Of a stretch of DNA of 19,059 nucleotides, positions 17,172-19,059 are shown one piece after another (the first letter of the stretch is position 1; each line of letters opens with the position of its first letter). The translations under genes were made by a program, and so were the position numbers. Source of the stretch: Myxococcales bacterium (GTDB lineage: Bacteria; Myxococcota_A; UBA9042; JABWCM01; BTVJ01); contig BTVJ01000123.1 in the NCBI GenBank assembly GCA_045863395.1, positions 1 to 19,059 on the forward strand, written 5' to 3'. The notes beneath the pieces are model-generated. The model did not search any database. It had not been told where the DNA came from and worked only from the letters and a program-made list of their open reading frames with translations.

Positions 17172-18962
17172 GTGAACAGACTTCTTGCCGTTGTGATGTG
17201 CGCCGCACTTGCGGGCTGCGCCGGTGGGACGGAGCAGGATGCCCCGGCGGAGCTCGGCAGCGTGGAGGGTGCCCTGAGCGCCAATGCGGCGCCCGCCGCC
17301 AATGAGAAGGCGGGACCTCCCGCCTCGGCAGGCCCCAAGTGCCCTGGCGGTTGCAGCGGCAACGGGGTGTGCTGGTTCGGCAAGTGCTTCTGTGACCCGG
17401 GCTTCGGGGGCGATGCCTGCGAAGCGCCGGACGCCTGCCCGTCCTCGTGCTCTGGGGCCGGCGTCTGCTTCCGCGGCACGTGCTTCTGCGACCCCGGCCA
17501 TAGCGGGGAGGCGTGCGAGCTCGCGGCCGCCTGCCCCGCCGGGTGCAGCAAGAACGGGGTGTGCGCCTACGGCAAGTGCTTCTGCAATCCAGGGTTCAGC
17601 GGGGAGTCTTGCGAGGCCAAGGACCCGTGCGCGGGCGGGTGCAGCGGCAACGGCGTCTGCGCGTTCGGCAAGTGCTTCTGCGCGCCGGGCTTCAGCGGGG
17701 TGGATTGCTCCGGTGAGGCGTCATGCCCGGCCAACTGCAGCTCCAACGGCGTCTGCGCCTATGGCAAGTGCCACTGCCTGCCCGGCTACAAGGGGGCGGA
17801 CTGCTCCGAGGCGGAGGCCTGCCCCTCGGGCTGCAGCGCGAACGGGGTCTGTGCCTTTGGCAAGTGCTTCTGTGTGCCGGGCTACAGCGGCGACGACTGC
17901 TCCAAGTCCGACGCTTGCCCGTCGAGCTGCAGCGACCACGGGGTCTGCTCCGGTGGCAAGTGCTTCTGTGTGCCGGGCTACAGCGGCGACGACTGCTCCA
18001 AGTCCGAGCAGGCGGGCAGCTTCGTCCCCATGGTCCTCGCCGATGGCTGGACCCACGACGGGCAGCCGCCGGGGGCGTGGTCGCACCTGGGTGGGGCCGT
18101 TCTGCTCGCGGGCCAGGCGTCGAGCTTCACGAGCGGCTCCCTCATCGGCTGGCTCCCAGAGGACCTGGCGCCCCCCACGAGGCGCATCCTGCTGGCGGCC
18201 GGTCCCTCTGGGCCCGTGCGCGTCGACATCCAGCCCGACGGCAGCGTGCACTGGACGAGCGCCAAGGGCGGGTGGGTGAGCCTCGACGGGGTGGTGTTCA
18301 CCCGCAAAGGCGAGGCGCTGGAGCCGGCGGTCGGCTTTGGTGGCCCGCTGGAGGACACGTCGGCCCTCCACGCGCACCTTGAGCAGGGCCCCGAGGGCGC
18401 CCCGCTGTGCGTGCTCGGCGGCACCACCACGACTCAGCTCCAGGAGGGCGCGGCGCTGGTCACGACCCTCCCCCAGGATTGTCGCCCGAAGAAGCGGCTG
18501 GTGTTTGGGGTGGCCGCGTCCGGTGGTCCCACCCGCGTCGACGTGCAGCCCGATGGGCGCGTCTACAGGGTCGGGGGTGGCAGTTGGGTCAGCCTGGACG
18601 GGATTGCGTTCGTGACGGCCAAGGCCGAGGGACTCCCCGTGGCGCTGAACCCCGAGTGGGAGGCTGCCACCGAGCCCCCGCCAGGGGAGTCGAAGGACCT
18701 GCTCGGCGCCCCCACCGCCTGGGCGCTCGGCGGCGGCCTGTGCGTGCTGAGCGGCGTCGTCAAGCCGATCAAGGGCAGCACGAGCGCTCCGGTAGGCACT
18801 CTGCCGGCGAAGTGCAAGAGCGCCTCCACCTTCCACATCGGTGGTGGCAGCCTCCAGATCGGTGACCCCTCCGCCATCGTGATCACCGATGGCTCAATCC
18901 ACTATGAGGGCTCGGCGGAGCTGGTGGTGCTCGACGCCGTGCGCTTCTGCACCAGCGAGTAG
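17172..18962 (+). CDS. Lipoprotein with seven tenascin-type EGF-like repeats and three C-terminal phage-tail-fibre/receptor-binding-like domains
   Basis: GAGGAG RBS 7 nt before GTG 17172 (ATG 17157 is an alternative start). Lipobox AALAGC. Seven C-x3-C-x5-C-x4-C-x-C-x8-C repeats. Three copies of G.V.L.G...LP...P...RVD.QPDG.V...WVSLDG..F, the third degenerate. Confidence 0.85.
   Translation: MNRLLAVVMCAALAGCAGGTEQDAPAELGSVEGALSANAAPAANEKAGPPASAGPKCPGGCSGNGVCWFGKCFCDPGFGGDACEAPDACPSSCSGAGVCFRGTCFCDPGHSGEACELAAACPAGCSKNGVCAYGKCFCNPGFSGESCEAKDPCAGGCSGNGVCAFGKCFCAPGFSGVDCSGEASCPANCSSNGVCAYGKCHCLPGYKGADCSEAEACPSGCSANGVCAFGKCFCVPGYSGDDCSKSDACPSSCSDHGVCSGGKCFCVPGYSGDDCSKSEQAGSFVPMVLADGWTHDGQPPGAWSHLGGAVLLAGQASSFTSGSLIGWLPEDLAPPTRRILLAAGPSGPVRVDIQPDGSVHWTSAKGGWVSLDGVVFTRKGEALEPAVGFGGPLEDTSALHAHLEQGPEGAPLCVLGGTTTTQLQEGAALVTTLPQDCRPKKRLVFGVAASGGPTRVDVQPDGRVYRVGGGSWVSLDGIAFVTAKAEGLPVALNPEWEAATEPPPGESKDLLGAPTAWALGGGLCVLSGVVKPIKGSTSAPVGTLPAKCKSASTFHIGGGSLQIGDPSAIVITDGSIHYEGSAELVVLDAVRFCTSE
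17340..18011 (+). repeat. Seven 96-bp EGF-like coding repeats
   Basis: 32-aa period. Repeats 6 and 7 share an identical 54-bp block (17858-17911 and 17954-18007). Confidence 0.9.
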
Positions 18963-19059
18963 CGTAGAGGGGGGGGGGGAAATAAAAAAAAAAAAAATAA
19001 AAAGGCCCGCCAGGCGATGTGATATTAGTATAAATGACCCCCCACAGGTTACACCCGTA
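18963..19059. other. Low-complexity, AT-rich terminal sequence, probably a contig-end or read artefact
   Basis: Long G run followed by A runs, with an abrupt drop in GC content relative to the rest of the window. Confidence 0.6.

Noticed and set aside
18963..19059. Poly(A) tail, retroelement end or terminator
   Set aside because: Homopolymer G and A runs at the extreme end, with no stem-loop or target-site duplication, are more consistent with low-quality contig-end sequence.

Overview
GC-rich bacterial DNA, probably Myxococcota/deltaproteobacterial given a MYXO-CTERM-type sorting signal and many Cys-rich lipoproteins. The centre (about 5.4-13.6 kb) is a sulfur/selenium-handling island. It contains a HesB/IscA-like selenoprotein gene that is absent from the ORF track (in-frame TGA in G-U-GGPxxGLALDEP followed by a SECIS-like hairpin), a MocA/YgfJ-like nucleotidyltransferase, a DUF3365 c-type heme lipoprotein, a persulfide dioxygenase, two SulP transporters, a YeeE/YedE (PmpAB-like) pair and a sigma-54 enhancer-binding protein with no sensor domain. 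Three sigma-54 promoters, each with a pair of 17-bp upstream sites spaced 22 bp apart, can be read from the sequence. The left flank has a partial Gly/Ser/Asp-repeat lipoprotein, thioredoxin, an EcsC-like protein, a BNR-repeat MYXO-CTERM protein, a vWA lipoprotein and a small secreted Cys-repeat protein. The right flank has a coupled operon (FAD oxidoreductase, proteasome-beta-like Ntn hydrolase, lipase) and a lipoprotein with 7 tenascin-type EGF repeats plus 3 phage-tail-fibre-like domains. The last ~100 bp look like an assembly artefact. All family calls come from motif recognition by eye; no database searches were run.
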